DNA of 64,000 nucleotides from Escherichia coli (GTDB lineage Bacteria; Pseudomonadota; Gammaproteobacteria; Enterobacterales; Enterobacteriaceae): NCBI RefSeq assembly GCF_001677475.2, contig NZ_CP015229.1; one strand, 5' to 3'. Shown piece by piece: positions 62,310 to 64,000 of this stretch (position 1 is its first letter; each line of letters starts with the position of its first letter). The notes under the pieces were generated by a model. It saw only the letters and a program-made list of their open reading frames with translations, ran no database searches and was not told where the DNA came from. The position numbers and the translations under genes were made by a program.

Positions 62310-63359
62310 TTTACTCTCCTGCGGCGACAAATTTTGCATCGCCTGCGCGATACTACGTTCAATCACCGCACGGCGAGTATCGTTGGCAGGTAAGAGTTTC
62401 AACATCATCTCCCACGCGGCAACGGCTTCGCCAAATCGCTGCTGCTCAAAGGCATTAAACGCATACATGCTTAACACACGGATATTGCTATGGTCCGTTC
62501 TCACCAACTGGCGTAGCAGTTCACCACCGAGGCGGTTGTCGTTGGGATCAGATGAACGTGTCAACGCTTCAGCGTATCCGAGCGCCGCATCACTGTTCTT
62601 CGGATCGAGGCGATATGCAGTAGCGTATGCATCGGTGGCAATACTGGCGTTACCCAGCGCCATGCCAACGCGGCCCAACATAATCCAGCCTTCTATATCT
62701 CCCGGATTTTTTTGCAGTTGAGTACGCATCCCCAGCGCCAGGCGCGACATCTCTTCTTCGTTGAGCGGATCGGCTTTCGGATCCAGCGCCCTGTCCAGTA
62801 ACGCCGGAGCCTGTGCCGTGGCCTGCTGCCAGATTTTCACCTGCTGATAATTGCCCGTCTGGTAGTAGCTGACGCCAGCCACAATTAACGCCACCACAAT
62901 ACCCGGCAGATAAACAACATATCCGGCACGCTTACCTTCCGGTACGCTTTGTTCAGGAAACTCCTCCTGCGCCACATGCACCCGACGCCGCGAGCGGGAG
63001 TAAATCACCCAGCCGCCGATACCAATAGCGACAACTGGCAGCACCCACAGCAGCACGGTCAGCGGTGTTAATGGCGGATCGTAAGTGACGAAGTTGCCGT
63101 AACGCGCCACCATATAATCAACAATCTCTTTCTTGCTTTTACCTTCCTGCATCAGTTCATACACTTTCTGGCGCAGGTCAGTGGCAATCATCGAGTTGGA
63201 ATCGGCAATACTGTTGTTCTGGCATTTCGGGCAGCGCAGTTCTTCCGTGAGTTGGCGGAACTGCTGCTCCTGCGCTTCATCCTTAAACTGCAACACGTCG
63301 ATGGTCGCCAGCGCTGAGCCGGAGATCATCAGCATCAGCACGCCCAATAAAAACCTCAT
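62307..63359 (-). CDS. ccmH: Cytochrome c maturation protein CcmH (heme lyase subunit, TPR C-terminus)
   Basis: 350-aa ORF with the LRCPKCQNNS motif and a TPR-rich C-terminal half. It matches CcmH. Confidence 0.95.
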   Translation of the reverse strand: MRFLLGVLMLMISGSALATIDVLQFKDEAQEQQFRQLTEELRCPKCQNNSIADSNSMIATDLRQKVYELMQEGKSKKEIVDYMVARYGNFVTYDPPLTPLTVLLWVLPVVAIGIGGWVIYSRSRRRVHVAQEEFPEQSVPEGKRAGYVVYLPGIVVALIVAGVSYYQTGNYQQVKIWQQATAQAPALLDRALDPKADPLNEEEMSRLALGMRTQLQKNPGDIEGWIMLGRVGMALGNASIATDAYATAYRLDPKNSDAALGYAEALTRSSDPNDNRLGGELLRQLVRTDHSNIRVLSMYAFNAFEQQRFGEAVAAWEMMLKLLPANDTRRAVIERSIAQAMQNLSPQESK

Positions 63360-63913
63360 TGTGCGGCCTCCTTACTGTATTTCTCCCACAGCGGCTTGAT
63401 CTCTTCTTCCCAGACGCGAGGATTGAGATCGCCCGCATGGCGATAGCGAATGATGCCGTTGCCGTCGATGAGGAACGTTTCTGGCGCGCCATAGACACCG
63501 AGATCCAGTCCTAACATGCCGTCGCCATCAAACAGGCTTAGTGCGTAAGGATTGCCCAGCTCTTTCAGCCAGCTGATTGCCTTCTGGCGATCGTCTTTAT
63601 AGTTCATGCCGACCACGCGGATGCCCTGCGCAGAAAGCTGATTCAGATATTGATGTTCCGCACGGCAGGTCGGACACCAGGTCGCCCAGACGTTAAGCAG
63701 CACTGGTTTGCCCTGAGTCAGCACATCCGCCTGATAAAATTGCCCCGGATTGTCCAGTGATTCGAGGCGAAACTTCGGCACCGGCTTGCCAATGAGCGCC
63801 GATTCCAGATTGGTCGGATCATCCCCTTCGGCATTACGCGCCAGCTGCCACAGCAGCGCCGCGGCAATCGCCAGGAAAATAATCAAAGGAATTAACAATA
63901 CTTTGCGCTTCAT
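63356..63913 (-). CDS. dsbE: Thiol:disulfide interchange protein DsbE/CcmG
   Basis: 185-aa ORF with a membrane anchor and the thioredoxin motif WATWCPTC. It overlaps the ccmH start by 4 nt. Confidence 0.96.
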   Translation of the reverse strand: MKRKVLLIPLIIFLAIAAALLWQLARNAEGDDPTNLESALIGKPVPKFRLESLDNPGQFYQADVLTQGKPVLLNVWATWCPTCRAEHQYLNQLSAQGIRVVGMNYKDDRQKAISWLKELGNPYALSLFDGDGMLGLDLGVYGAPETFLIDGNGIIRYRHAGDLNPRVWEEEIKPLWEKYSKEAAQ

Positions 63914-64000
63914 ACAGCCTCCGGCGCAGTTTTCTGCGGGTTCACGCGCTTACGATAGCGAGGATCAAACAGGCACAGCAGCCCGCCCAATGCCATCATC
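63910..64000 (-). CDS. ccmF: Cytochrome c heme lyase subunit CcmF, last 29 codons plus stop (5' part beyond the right window edge)
   Basis: The reverse strand reads ...MMALGGLLCLFDPRYRKRVNPQKTAPEAV*, with the stop overlapping the dsbE ATG (ATGA), in ccm operon context. Confidence 0.8.
   Translation of the reverse strand, partial: MMALGGLLCLFDPRYRKRVNPQKTAPEAV

Overview
This window is Escherichia coli chromosome, colinear with my recollection of K-12 at about 48-49 min. The gene order is mglA'-mglB-galS-yeiB-folE-yeiG-cirA-lysP-yeiE-yeiH-nfo-yeiI-nupX-rihB-yeiL-psuT-psuG-psuK-fruA-fruK-fruB-setB-yeiW-yeiP-yeiQ-yeiR-lpxT-mepS-pdeN-yejABEF-yejG-bcr-rsuA-radD-rplY-yejK-yejL-yejM-proL, then yejO-narP-ccmH-ccmG-ccmF'. 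I saw no rRNA, CRISPR array or IS element. The only accessory segment is a 10,995-bp integrative element in the 3' end of tRNA-Pro (proL), bounded by a 17-bp direct repeat at 47602-47618 and 58597-58613. It looks like a phage satellite (PICI/P4-like) that parasitises a lambda-type cos phage. It carries a P4-family integrase with arm-type sites, an AlpA regulator, a divergent RHH / Icd-like control node with structured repeats, a primase-helicase followed by an iteron origin, and an SSB-like gene broken by a frameshift. Its unusual part is a minimal head and packaging module: homologues of lambda gpE (major capsid) and gpD (decoration), a second AlpA-like protein, a cos site whose cosQ/cosN is nearly identical to lambda with the cohesive end GGGCGGCGACCT identical but with a different cosB, and a Nu1-like small terminase. 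There is no portal, protease/scaffold, large terminase, tail or lysis gene. A right-arm accessory region holds a PerC/Pch-family regulator, two unknown small proteins, three AAATTT-centred palindromes and a (GGCT)11 microsatellite. All homology statements rest on reading the ORF-track proteins against sequences I remember. No database search was possible, so novelty cannot be asserted, only flagged.
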